Source: Candidatus Thorarchaeota archaeon (lineage in GTDB: Archaea > Asgardarchaeota > Thorarchaeia > Thorarchaeales > Thorarchaeaceae). From it: a DNA stretch of 64,000 nt. Shown here in pieces: positions 51,740 through 61,861 of this stretch. The DNA lies in the NCBI GenBank assembly GCA_048882045.1, contig JBHLRZ010000006.1:55969-119968 (forward strand), written 5' to 3'. The translations under genes and the position numbers were made by a program. The first letter of the stretch is position 1. Each line of letters starts with the position of its first letter. The notes below the pieces were generated by a model. That model worked only from the letters and a program-made list of their open reading frames with translations, was not told where the DNA came from and searched no databases.

Positions 51740-53698
51740 TCAGGCTACGACTTCAAGAACACCATCAAGCACCAGCTTTGTCGCTACGAACTTCATTGCA
51801 GGCAGACTGACATTGATTTTCCGGACAACATCCTGCATTGGTATGGTACCATCACAGAGATCAACGAATTTGACAACGACAGCCCCATAGGCTTTCTGTG
51901 TGTCTTCATCGACATCACCTATCTTCCTCAGGTGGCTCTCTGGGCCTATCTCGACCTTGAAGTCGACCCAGCCATATTGACTCATGATCTGAAGACAACC
52001 AATTACAGTTTCACGAGGAAGATCAATGCTTCGTACTAAACCTCCAATCGTGTCATTGCTTTCAATTGCAGATTTCACTGTAACAACTGCTGCACCCACT
52101 TCTCTATTCTCGAAGGGGAGCGGCTTTCCTGCTTCTCGGGACCTGACAATGTAGTCGAAACTGATTGGTCTTAGGGGCATCTTGGCTAGAACATCAAAAA
52201 CAGAGGTTTCGAATATTGACGCTTTCCCATCCCAAGTCTCCCACACATCCTCATATCGATGTTCGATTTCATAGAGGAGTGATGTAAGGATGCTTCTCTG
52301 CTCGTCCTCTTCACTGTCATTTGTGACTATGAGTGCAAGAACGAAATGCTTTGATTTCTCAATCATCACCAGATTGCCTTCGTGCTCAATTGTTTCAAGA
52401 GCATCAGTAGTGCCTGGTTCACTGGAGCTCTCAGCATCAATTCCTCCAAATGAGTCGAGTGCAGATATGAGTGAAGCAACTGCATTGGTGTCGATTTCGT
52501 CATCGTGATATTTCAGATGGAAAGCGACATCCGGCATACCTTCTTTCTGAACTATCAGCATGAGGTGTAGGATTCGTGACTTCTCTGGAACTGTCTTTGC
52601 AACCATTTGTTGTGCGGTTTCTGTAGTCGCAGAGGATTGTTCAGCAGCATCTGCGATTGCCATGACCTCATCGCCAGATGGCACACGAGTTTCACTAATC
52701 GCTTCAATACTATCCTCGGAGTAAGGGACAGCCTCGAATCCACTGTCTCCTTTAGCACCTGCTGCGGCAGCGGCGGCTCCTGGTTTGTCTATCTCCTCAG
52801 TACCCCTTCTGACAGTGATCATCTCGCTGATAGGGAGTTCTGGGAGTGTGACACCTACGGTCTTTGCAGCGACCTCAAGCATAAGTCTGATGAACTCCTC
52901 TCTCCTGGTCTTGTCTGTGGCCACCATTGGGAAAGTAGGAGCACCTAGCAAGCGTTTGATCTTCTCTGCCTTCATTGACTCTGGAAGGTCTTGCTTGTTT
53001 GCCATGATGAACAGTGGAACCGCAGGAGCCTCCTTGCGAATGTTACGCAGGAGGGACTTGGTCTGCATCACATTTCTGAAACTTGAGTCTGTAATGAGAA
53101 AGATGACGTCTGTTCCTGAGAAGTAGAAGCTCCAGAGATCTTGGAATACAGCCTGTCCCGCAAAGTCCCAAACTGTGACAAGAAAAGTACCAAACTGAAT
53201 TGTTTCAGAAGAATCTACGGCAACTTCGATGGTAGGTACGTAGCCTCCAGGAGCAGGCTCTTTTCCGAACAGGAGTCTGAGTAGAGTGCTCTTACCAACA
53301 CCACCACTTCCGACGAAGCTCACCTTAAAACGAGTGAAAATGAGTTCACCGAGGATGTCATCCAGATTGTCACGGATGTAGCCAATGCTGTTTCCACGGA
53401 GCGCTGTTGAAACTCTATTAGCCCCCTCACGCACTCGGTGTTGGATGAATCTGTCCTCGTCTCGACCGTCAGTAACGAAGAGGAGGAGCATGTCACCATC
53501 AACAGGGCCATGGAAGACTTTGTGCTTCTCAGCAACGAAGACTGGAGTATCTTTGGAGAGACCTTCAGTATTTTGAAGATCCCAGTATCCAGCAAGAAAC
53601 TCACGGATGTCTTTGTCCTCAAAATCGATTTTCCAGAATCTAGTCCTGACTACAACGTTGCCATCGGCCTTCTCAATTAGGAGTACGTTGTGAATCAA
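51740..53698 (-). CDS. multidomain small GTPase: longin-like + Arf-like G domain + longin-like + winged helices
   Basis: G1 GSGGVGKST, G2 YVPTI, G3 WDFAGQ, G4 NKQD; flanking domains inferred from sequence pattern. Confidence 0.85.
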   Translation of the reverse strand: MIHNVLLIEKADGNVVVRTRFWKIDFEDKDIREFLAGYWDLQNTEGLSKDTPVFVAEKHKVFHGPVDGDMLLLFVTDGRDEDRFIQHRVREGANRVSTALRGNSIGYIRDNLDDILGELIFTRFKVSFVGSGGVGKSTLLRLLFGKEPAPGGYVPTIEVAVDSSETIQFGTFLVTVWDFAGQAVFQDLWSFYFSGTDVIFLITDSSFRNVMQTKSLLRNIRKEAPAVPLFIMANKQDLPESMKAEKIKRLLGAPTFPMVATDKTRREEFIRLMLEVAAKTVGVTLPELPISEMITVRRGTEEIDKPGAAAAAAGAKGDSGFEAVPYSEDSIEAISETRVPSGDEVMAIADAAEQSSATTETAQQMVAKTVPEKSRILHLMLIVQKEGMPDVAFHLKYHDDEIDTNAVASLISALDSFGGIDAESSSEPGTTDALETIEHEGNLVMIEKSKHFVLALIVTNDSEEDEQRSILTSLLYEIEHRYEDVWETWDGKASIFETSVFDVLAKMPLRPISFDYIVRSREAGKPLPFENREVGAAVVTVKSAIESNDTIGGLVRSIDLPRETVIGCLQIMSQYGWVDFKVEIGPESHLRKIGDVDEDTQKAYGAVVVKFVDLCDGTIPMQDVVRKINVSLPAMKFVATKLVLDGVLEVVA

Positions 53699-53790
53699 GA
53701 CATCACTTCCACTTAAGGAGGGGATTGTATTCGGCGTTATCTACTTTTCTTGCTCGTTCTGAGTATTCTTGAACCTTATGGGTACGTGCA

Positions 53791-55485
53791 TTAATCATTA
53801 ATAGTCACTATCTCTCTTCGATGGAGTTCTGCAAACACCGTGACCAAGACACTGGGTTGAAGACTCAACTCATTGGCTATATCAACAATTGTACGACTCC
53901 CATCCACGAGGGCAAGAATCTCGTCGACCCGAGAATACAAGGATAAAACCTCATCATCAGGAACGCCAATGAGGACTGGAGAGTCATCAGGTCCGATACG
54001 TAGTTCGAACTTAATGGCGCCTAATCTATACAGGAGATGAACTGCGCCAAGCATCATTTCAGGACCAGTTCCAGGAACAAGTCGAGACATTGTCAGACTA
54101 CCATCTAGTCTATTCCAGACTGCTTCAAGGAAGTCTCTGAGTGGCTCGTTCTCAAACCGTTCCCAAAGTAAGGCTCGTGATTGAGTCGGAGCCATTCGCC
54201 CTGGTATAACTTCAGGAGGGAGTGTAGCAAGAAGCTTGAGTGTGAATGGAGGTGAACGGAATAGATCTGTAGGTGTGTCAATCAACTCTGGGACTTCGTC
54301 CATAAACAGGTCAGGGAGGAATGAAAACCTCTGTCGTAGGGCTTTGACATCAGCATCCGTACCAGTAATCAGAGTGTAGACATAGTCACCTCTTTCAATT
54401 GTTATATAGTTGAGATCACCAGTCCGGAATACAGAGGTTTCGTTAGGTTTTGCGGGATCAAACTTGAAAGCAGAAATAGCAGCCACAATGTTAGGAGCCA
54501 CTTCAAGGAGTTTTGATTTCTCCTCGTAGTAGTAACTATATGCCGCTACACCGTTACGCTTGTCTACGACGAAGAATGCTTGATGACCCTTTGCATCCTC
54601 TTCAACAGACTCAACAGGTTGTTCTTGATCAACTGAAGTATCGACCTTCCAGGTCTTTAGTGCTAGCTCAGGGTGCATATCAGAAAATCCAGCCATAGCT
54701 AGAACAGAGAGCAACAGAATGGTAGGTCTTGAAGAATCCGAGTCACAGAGGTCAAGACCATATTGCTCCTCGTATTCCCTTGCCAACTCAAGTTGGTCAT
54801 CAGAACCTGGAACAATCATAAGTTTAGCAGTGGATTCCTCTCTTATTCTCAGGACTATATGCTCAACCCTGTCCGAGGTAGGTAATGGAGGTGAGATGAT
54901 GAGTGCAAAAACGTCAGCACTCGAGAGGTCATCTGTCCATTCGGTCTTGATTATATCATCATGGGATATTCTCATTACCTCGATGCCAAACGGACCAATC
55001 TCTGCTGAGATTGTATATCCTCGACCTCGTCGACCTCGAGTTTTGAATAACATCTCAACAGCAGTACCTGCTTTGTCATCGAATGAGGGATTTTCACCTG
55101 TGATGAAACAGATGCGGATCCTTTCTCTCAAAAACTCCAGAGAGAAATCTGGAAAAGTTTCCTTGAAGTCCCTGACCGACGTCTGTTCTACCTGCTTGGA
55201 AACTGCATCAGAGAATTGTTTCATTCGTTCTATGTCGTCTTCTCTCACTACATTGGAGTCAGTGATACCCACTGCAAGAGTGACTTCACTTATCTTGCAG
55301 ATGACTGTACCTCTCTCTTCAATCTCAGTTGAAATAAAATCGCGAGCAGAATCTTCTTGAATTAGCTGATAGTACATCTCGACAATCTGTTGGAGAAATT
55401 CATCGTGAACGGTTTCTTTACTGAAAGAAATTGATGCCAGTGCTTTAGACCCAAGCAGGTCATAGAGAATGGCATTCACTATCAC
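53791..55485 (-). CDS. paralog of the adjacent GTPase with a degenerate G domain (longin-pseudoGTPase-longin-wHTH)
   Basis: colinear segments; no intact G1/G3/G4; C-terminal LDGSLTM and VDGSRTIVDIA wHTH repeats. Confidence 0.7.
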   Translation of the reverse strand: MIVNAILYDLLGSKALASISFSKETVHDEFLQQIVEMYYQLIQEDSARDFISTEIEERGTVICKISEVTLAVGITDSNVVREDDIERMKQFSDAVSKQVEQTSVRDFKETFPDFSLEFLRERIRICFITGENPSFDDKAGTAVEMLFKTRGRRGRGYTISAEIGPFGIEVMRISHDDIIKTEWTDDLSSADVFALIISPPLPTSDRVEHIVLRIREESTAKLMIVPGSDDQLELAREYEEQYGLDLCDSDSSRPTILLLSVLAMAGFSDMHPELALKTWKVDTSVDQEQPVESVEEDAKGHQAFFVVDKRNGVAAYSYYYEEKSKLLEVAPNIVAAISAFKFDPAKPNETSVFRTGDLNYITIERGDYVYTLITGTDADVKALRQRFSFLPDLFMDEVPELIDTPTDLFRSPPFTLKLLATLPPEVIPGRMAPTQSRALLWERFENEPLRDFLEAVWNRLDGSLTMSRLVPGTGPEMMLGAVHLLYRLGAIKFELRIGPDDSPVLIGVPDDEVLSLYSRVDEILALVDGSRTIVDIANELSLQPSVLVTVFAELHRREIVTIND

Positions 55486-55540
55486 GGTTGTAATATCCTC
55501 CCTGAACTATCTCAATACAGTCCACGTGATTACTTGTTAA

Positions 55541-56731
55541 TCAACCTTGTTCGCTTCTCTTTTCAATGAATTCGGAACGGTCAATCAATCCTCTCATCAA
55601 ACGCTGATAGTCTGTCTTGATCCACTTTGGATTATATATGACCGAATCCGATCCTAGATTTCTAGTAAGTGGTGGCAGGTCAGAAATAGCTTCGTAAACA
55701 CTTACAGGAGGAGGTAGGTTTGCAGAAGTAGGTTTGACATCCTTTCGTGTCTTTCCTCGTTTAATGGGAGAGAGGATTCCTCTGGGGATTGTGATAAACT
55801 CATTGCTTCTTGTTCCCAGAACGAACAATCTCCGTCGTCGCTGAGGGACACAGAATTCCTCAGCCCTTAAATCAGCAACACTGCAGCTGTACCCAAATTT
55901 CTCGAGTATGTCAAGAATCTTGTGAAAAACTAATCCTTTCTGCATCCACTTCATTCCAAGAACATTTTCAATCACTACCGTTTCAGGTGCAAGTTTGTTT
56001 ACGAGATTTAACATAGCCAGAACTAGGGAGTTTCTAGTATCAGAAGGTTTCCACCGACCAGCTGTCGAGAATCCTTGACAGGGAGGACCTCCAATAAGAC
56101 AGGTTAATGTTCTTCCAGAAAGGACGTTTTCAATTTCTTCGAGGAGATGGGCATATTGCGAATCCGAGCTCAAATCTGCTTGAACAACACGAGTCTGGGG
56201 ATGATTGTAGGCGTAGGTTTCACACATGTGAATGTTCAGGTCAGATCCAAGAATAACATCGTTTCCAGCTTGGGCAAATCCCTCCGAGAGTCCGCCTGCT
56301 CCTGAAAAGAGGTCTATCACCTGCCCAGTTTCCAACACTTCTGCTACTGATCTAGCGAGTAGAGGGGGCACTGCATTTCCAATCTGTTTGTAACGTGAAC
56401 TGAAGCTTCCCAAGAACCTGAAATGATCAGGAAAAGACTGGAGTCTGGCAGCTTCACGCATTGAAATTAGACGATTTTCGTCAGGATGAATAAAAGAACC
56501 ATTACCGGGTCGATTGAAGTAAGTGTTTATCGTGTAGCTTGGCAAATGGTTTGAGAGACGGCCATAGTAAGTAGTTCTACCTCCAGAATTACTGATCTGA
56601 GTTAGTCTGGTTGATTTCTTCACTATGGTTTCAGGAATATCCTGCCAGTTTCCACCTGGTGGGACTGAGCATATCATCTCCAAATCTAGGTCGCTGAGAG
56701 ATGAACATATATGATTATACAGAAAATCCAT
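55541..56731 (-). CDS. circularly permuted DNA cytosine-5 methyltransferase (Eco31I/Alw26I type)
   Basis: motifs IX-X (REAARLQSFPD, QIGNAVPP) precede I (DLFSGAGG), IV (GGPPCQGFS), VI (ENV) and VIII (PQRRRR). Confidence 0.9.
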   Translation of the reverse strand: MDFLYNHICSSLSDLDLEMICSVPPGGNWQDIPETIVKKSTRLTQISNSGGRTTYYGRLSNHLPSYTINTYFNRPGNGSFIHPDENRLISMREAARLQSFPDHFRFLGSFSSRYKQIGNAVPPLLARSVAEVLETGQVIDLFSGAGGLSEGFAQAGNDVILGSDLNIHMCETYAYNHPQTRVVQADLSSDSQYAHLLEEIENVLSGRTLTCLIGGPPCQGFSTAGRWKPSDTRNSLVLAMLNLVNKLAPETVVIENVLGMKWMQKGLVFHKILDILEKFGYSCSVADLRAEEFCVPQRRRRLFVLGTRSNEFITIPRGILSPIKRGKTRKDVKPTSANLPPPVSVYEAISDLPPLTRNLGSDSVIYNPKWIKTDYQRLMRGLIDRSEFIEKRSEQG

Positions 56732-56819
56732 TGAATCGTTTCTACTAACTTCCTCAACTCTTGCAGATGATATAGAATTCACAAGAAAAGACCTGGAACA
56801 ATGAATGAAAGACTTCGTA

Positions 56820-59003
56820 TTATTCGATACGCACTTTGTGTACTGTTTCTTGGATATCAACTGGTGGGGTCTTTCTCATGATCAGGATGTTTCTGGTTTC
56901 TCTCTTCGAAAATCCATAGATTGAGAATACAATAGCCTCTAGCTCCGTCATTGACCCGGAATCCTGATTCAGTAAAGATTTGACTTCAATAACTAGATCT
57001 TTGATAAGGTTCTTGGGAATAGATTCTCTGTTGGGTATAGGAAGCTGTTTCAGCTCTCTGATGGATACATGATTATTGGTGTTGCTCAGCTCGAATCTCC
57101 AATTAATCACTTCAGAATTGAGAATCCCGAGAAGGAAAAACAGGAGATCAGCGTTCTCCGTTTCAAAGAATATGTAATTGCATGAGTTAGCCAGAATCAC
57201 ATCAGAAGTAATTCGAGCAAACTTCAAGCGCCATCGTTGCGTTCGATTAGAAACCTGTTGACACGCAATCCGGGGAGAACCAACGTGTCTTATCCTAGAA
57301 GAAGTCTTCATGGAATTCCTCAAGCAATCAAGATCTACAAATTCGTCTTCTCTGCTCAAACGGGTGTGTAGTGAAAACCTAGAAATGTCAGACCCTCTCA
57401 CTAAACGATGACCTGTGTCGTCTTGGACGATGCAGGTGCGATTGAGCGTCAGATCCAATTCACCTCTGTTAATCCCAATCCAATCTAGAGAGGATAGTGG
57501 AGGGTGTCTGTGAATTTTGTCCAAGGCAGCCCACCCATTCTTGTTTACTTGAGGAATTGAGTATGGCATCCCTGTCATTGAATGGATGTCACTGGTCTGA
57601 ATCTTTACTCCTTTTTGAGATGAGAGGTCATCCAAATCCTTGACACCGAATTGAGCATTAAACGAAGAAGTTGTACCCCCTTTTCGAATCGTCAAAACAG
57701 AAACCGATTGCGTGACGCCCTCAAAAATTCTAGATGACTCAGGAAATTCGTTCACGATTTGAAGTTCGTTCTCTAGGAGTATTAGCCTTCTGAGTGGATT
57801 TGCAGACAAATCTCCGAGAATGGTGGAAGGAACTATGAAGCCAATCATGCCTCCCAATCGAGTCAGCTGAATTGCTCTTTCGATGAATAGTCTGTAGGCA
57901 TCTATCGTGTATCTGTTCCCATACTTGTACTCACCAGACTTTCGGTAGTAGTTCAGATCTTCATTTAGTAGATTCTTATAATTCTCAAACCTCTCAAGGT
58001 GAATCTCCCTGTTTCCTAACAGGATTCGTTCTCTTAGAAACTCAGCCATATTTGGCTTCATTCGTTCATATGGAGGATTCATAACTACAAAATCAAATCC
58101 ACCATCATCAAAGACCTCTCTATATTCCTCTACCCATTCGAAAGGTTGTCGTGTACTCGGATTCGTAAAGAAGTGATTATGGTTTTGATCTCCCTTCAGT
58201 CCTTTGAGTGAAACGAGTGAATTGCCTCTCCTCAGATTTGAGAGGTCTTCAGAACTTTTTCGAACACCTGAAAAAATACCGATTGAAACATCAGCTACTT
58301 CCAATGCACTTGAATCTATGTCAACTCCATAGAGATTGTGAAGCAACCGTTCCCGGTAGTCAATGATTCCTGTTTGCTCTAGTTCAGATTGAGAGATTCC
58401 AAAGGTACGTGCAAAACGAAATACTTCATCCATAGAACTAACCAATCGATCATAGGCTGACACAAGGAAAACCCCTGTTCCACATGCTGGGTCCAAGATC
58501 CGTAGTTTCATTAGGTCTTCAAGTGCAGCTGTGCCACGCTTTCGTATGCTTTTTACCAAACCATCAAGCGTGTGACCCATAGTTGAACCTACTATGTAGT
58601 CCGCGATATGTTGTGGTGTATAGTAAGCACCAAGGAGTCTTTGAGAGGTCCCTTTGTCATATTGAATTGGTAAATGATGACTACCCAATGAATGAATCAG
58701 TCCAAGCAATGAAACCAATCCTGATGATGAAACGCGGTTGAGTGAAGGGCCATCAAAGGATTCCACACAGGCCATCGTTGAATCCTGAATGTCAACATAC
58801 GAAACGCCAGATCTCTCTGCTTCAAACGAAATCTTCGAGAAATCATAGTCAGCGAACAAGTCAGTCGACCTTACAGCATAAGTAAGACCTGCAAGCCTCA
58901 CGGCCTCTGTCTTTTCCAAGGTAGATAGAGAGCTCTCATTAGCAACTAGCTTATGCAGTCCATTCACGATAGCCCTAGCATTTGTTTGATGCTCTTGTTT
59001 CAC
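56820..59003 (-). CDS. N6-adenine DNA methyltransferase, gamma class (Alw26I/Eco31I/Esp3I-family-like)
   Basis: GAYYTP, LDPACGTG, NPPY; C-terminal TRD with GELDLT, LANSCNYI, STNNHV-like segment. Confidence 0.85.
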   Translation of the reverse strand: MKQEHQTNARAIVNGLHKLVANESSLSTLEKTEAVRLAGLTYAVRSTDLFADYDFSKISFEAERSGVSYVDIQDSTMACVESFDGPSLNRVSSSGLVSLLGLIHSLGSHHLPIQYDKGTSQRLLGAYYTPQHIADYIVGSTMGHTLDGLVKSIRKRGTAALEDLMKLRILDPACGTGVFLVSAYDRLVSSMDEVFRFARTFGISQSELEQTGIIDYRERLLHNLYGVDIDSSALEVADVSIGIFSGVRKSSEDLSNLRRGNSLVSLKGLKGDQNHNHFFTNPSTRQPFEWVEEYREVFDDGGFDFVVMNPPYERMKPNMAEFLRERILLGNREIHLERFENYKNLLNEDLNYYRKSGEYKYGNRYTIDAYRLFIERAIQLTRLGGMIGFIVPSTILGDLSANPLRRLILLENELQIVNEFPESSRIFEGVTQSVSVLTIRKGGTTSSFNAQFGVKDLDDLSSQKGVKIQTSDIHSMTGMPYSIPQVNKNGWAALDKIHRHPPLSSLDWIGINRGELDLTLNRTCIVQDDTGHRLVRGSDISRFSLHTRLSREDEFVDLDCLRNSMKTSSRIRHVGSPRIACQQVSNRTQRWRLKFARITSDVILANSCNYIFFETENADLLFFLLGILNSEVINWRFELSNTNNHVSIRELKQLPIPNRESIPKNLIKDLVIEVKSLLNQDSGSMTELEAIVFSIYGFSKRETRNILIMRKTPPVDIQETVHKVRIE

Positions 59004-59060
59004 ACGGACATCCTCATGTCATGACAGAGGATGCTTCACAAAGGTGTTTTGTTCCAAGGT

Positions 59061-59429
59061 CTACTTAGCGTTTGGGTCATTCTGCATGATTCCCCAAAGG
59101 TTACCTTCACTATCTTTGAAGTATGCAAGCCAACCTACACCCGGAACTGCCCCTTTCGGCCGAACTATCTCTCCGCCGTTCTTCTCAATCAACTTGGTCG
59201 TTTCATCGACAGATTCAACATCTATGGTGTTGACTGTGATGTCGTCTTTACTCTGCCGCATTCCGAATGCACCATCAATCCCAGGTTCATTCTCATCGCC
59301 AGTCATAAGGAACCAATAGTCCATCGGGCCGTCCCATTTCTGAACTTTCCACCCAAAGACATTCTCATAGAATTTCACTGTTCTCTCTGCATCATCTGCT
59401 ACAATCTCGAAATGAATCACTCGTCCCAT
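59061..59429 (-). CDS. VOC/glyoxalase family protein
   Basis: VIHFEI.ADD.ER..KFY..VFGW; FKDSEGN.WG. Confidence 0.9.
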   Translation of the reverse strand: MGRVIHFEIVADDAERTVKFYENVFGWKVQKWDGPMDYWFLMTGDENEPGIDGAFGMRQSKDDITVNTIDVESVDETTKLIEKNGGEIVRPKGAVPGVGWLAYFKDSEGNLWGIMQNDPNAK

Positions 59430-59529
59430 ATGCATCACACACCCATTTGTGTTAACAATAGTGAATATGAATATTCCGTTGAGGCGCAATGGTGCGAATA
59501 TTTTAGGTGGAACAGTTTCATACAAACAT

Positions 59530-60285
59530 ATGGTGTCCGAGAGAGAGATTGCAGAGCTAGAGCTCTTGGCATCACACTGTTGGCCTGCTCGAGAGATTGT
59601 GAGATACAAGGGATGGATCATCCACTGGAATGATGGCGTCACATGGAGAGCCAACAGTGTACTGCCAAACGAGTGGGACAGCAATGTCGAACTTGAACAG
59701 CTTGTAGACTACGTGATCGATCTCTATAGAGAGAAAGATACTCCACCTGCATTCAAGATAACTCCAGCAAGTCAACCAGAAGGTCTGGACGAATTACTTG
59801 TTGAGAAAGGATTTGAACAGAGGATGGTCACTCATGTTCAGATCGCTCCTATTACTACCATCTCCTGTCATAGTCCACGAGTGCCTGTAGATCTGTTTAA
59901 AGTGACTGATGAGTCTCTCGATGTACTCATGCACAAATCAACGAGAGACCCATTTGCTGTCGAAGTGAGAAGGGAAATCATCCACAGAATTTCTGGCGAC
60001 AAGGCCATTGCACGAGTCATGATGCATGGAAACATAGGAGGGGTGGGGCTAGGAGTGGTTGAGGAAGACTGGTTGGGACTTTTCTCTGTTCGGACAATGC
60101 CCGAGTTCAGACGTCAGGGAATTGCCTGGTCAGTAACGTGTGCATTGGCGCAATGGGGGGAGGATATAGGAGCAGAACGCGTATTTCTTCAAGTTGAAAA
60201 TACAAACACTCCTGCACTTGCTCTCTACGAGGCTATGGGTTTCAAAACCATGTATACATACTGGTATCGAATTCTTGAAGGTTAA
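59530..60285 (+). CDS. GNAT N-acetyltransferase
   Basis: TWRANSV N-terminal domain; FRRQGIA, LQV..N.PA.ALY..MGF. Confidence 0.88.
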   Translation: MVSEREIAELELLASHCWPAREIVRYKGWIIHWNDGVTWRANSVLPNEWDSNVELEQLVDYVIDLYREKDTPPAFKITPASQPEGLDELLVEKGFEQRMVTHVQIAPITTISCHSPRVPVDLFKVTDESLDVLMHKSTRDPFAVEVRREIIHRISGDKAIARVMMHGNIGGVGLGVVEEDWLGLFSVRTMPEFRRQGIAWSVTCALAQWGEDIGAERVFLQVENTNTPALALYEAMGFKTMYTYWYRILEG

Positions 60286-60418
60286 AAGTCACAATTTGAG
60301 TTCTCGCGTCGAGAATTGCTCTTATATTTGGAAAATGATTATCATAAATGACCAGAAACTCAAAAGAGAGAAACCAGTTTCAGAGAAATTCAGGAAAAAG
60401 GATTGAGGTATTGAAGAT

Positions 60419-61843
60419 ATGTTGGACAGATTGCAAGAATGCGTCCGCATTGGTGAGGATCTGGGTGCAGATTTCATGGAAGCAAGATTCGATGATCTCA
60501 CCCTTAGAGCCTTACAGCGGGTTGACGATATTTGGCAGGATATCCAAGTCAAATCTCGTATGGGATTTGGTATAACTGCTTATGTAGATGGAGTGTCGGG
60601 ATTTTCCTTCACTCCTAGTACTGAAAATAAAGACATCAAAATGGCGGTAGAGAAGGCATATAGAATGGCCAATGCGTCATCCAAAGCCGCGAAACTCAAG
60701 TTACCCTTTGAAAGAAGGACGGCCGTGAAGAGCAAGAAATCAGACACACCTAAAGTTAAGTTGCATCCTCGGGATATTGAACTGTCAGACAAAATTGATA
60801 TGATCAATCGAATGGTAGAATCTGCGAGAGAACACGGAGAGAATATCCGGAGTCTTCGAGGAAGGTGGGGCGAACTCTTTGGTCCAAAGCTGTTTGTCAA
60901 CAGTGATGGTACTGTTATTGACTGGGAATTCTTAGTGACGGACCTTCGGATCAGTGTAACCTCCAAGACTGATACAGGTGCAATGGTCCAAGGTCGGAAA
61001 TTCCATGGAGGAACCTTCGGTCTGGAAGAGTTCGAGAAGGATGAACTGACGCCTGAGAGGACAGGAGAGGTTGCTGGGCAGAATGCCAAAAACCAGCTAA
61101 AAGCAAAAGCTTGTCCCGCTGGAAAATTCCGAGCCCTAGTTGAAGAGGGATTAGTCGGAGTCCTGGCACACGAGTCATTCGGTCATCTGAGTGAAGCGGA
61201 CTCCATTGTGACAGGAGGTTCTCCATTGACTGACCGGATAGGCTCAACATTAGGAAGTGAACACGTGACCATTATTGACGGTGGTGTTCCAGATATCAAA
61301 AAGTATGGTGGACTTTGGGTACCTTATGATGATCAAGGGATAGCGGCAAACCAAACGACCATCCTTGAAAATGGAGTTCTCAAACACTACCTCCACAATA
61401 GAGGTACAGCTCAGAAACTTGAGCAGGAACCGACGGGAAATGCTCGTGCTATCAACTATGTATACCCTCCAATTCCAAGAATGACAAACACATACTTCCT
61501 TCCTGGAGATCTGACCGAGGAAGAAGCTATGGAGAAACTAGGAAAGGGGATCTATGCAATTCAAACATCCGGTGGACAGGTCGAGGGAGATGGCAGCTTT
61601 GTCTTCAAGGCGATTCGAGGTTATTGGATTGAGAATGGTGAGATACAATATCCAATTCGAGAAGTAGCACTCTCTGGTAATATTCTAGATCTTCTGAAAA
61701 ATGTAGAAGGAGCCACGAAGGAACTCAAATTGGATGCTGGATATTTTGGCGGATGTGGGAAAGGTGGCCAATATCCACTACCTGTAGGTGATGGAGGACC
61801 GCAACTGGTCATTGATGATGTGACCTTTGGAGGGACAGCGTAG
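60419..61843 (+). CDS. tldD: TldD family metalloprotease
   Basis: HESFGHLSEAD, YDDQG, GNAR, PRMTNT, CGK.GQ..PV..GGP. Confidence 0.92.
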   Translation: MLDRLQECVRIGEDLGADFMEARFDDLTLRALQRVDDIWQDIQVKSRMGFGITAYVDGVSGFSFTPSTENKDIKMAVEKAYRMANASSKAAKLKLPFERRTAVKSKKSDTPKVKLHPRDIELSDKIDMINRMVESAREHGENIRSLRGRWGELFGPKLFVNSDGTVIDWEFLVTDLRISVTSKTDTGAMVQGRKFHGGTFGLEEFEKDELTPERTGEVAGQNAKNQLKAKACPAGKFRALVEEGLVGVLAHESFGHLSEADSIVTGGSPLTDRIGSTLGSEHVTIIDGGVPDIKKYGGLWVPYDDQGIAANQTTILENGVLKHYLHNRGTAQKLEQEPTGNARAINYVYPPIPRMTNTYFLPGDLTEEEAMEKLGKGIYAIQTSGGQVEGDGSFVFKAIRGYWIENGEIQYPIREVALSGNILDLLKNVEGATKELKLDAGYFGGCGKGGQYPLPVGDGGPQLVIDDVTFGGTA

Positions 61844-61861
61844 ACAAGGAGATGATTATGA

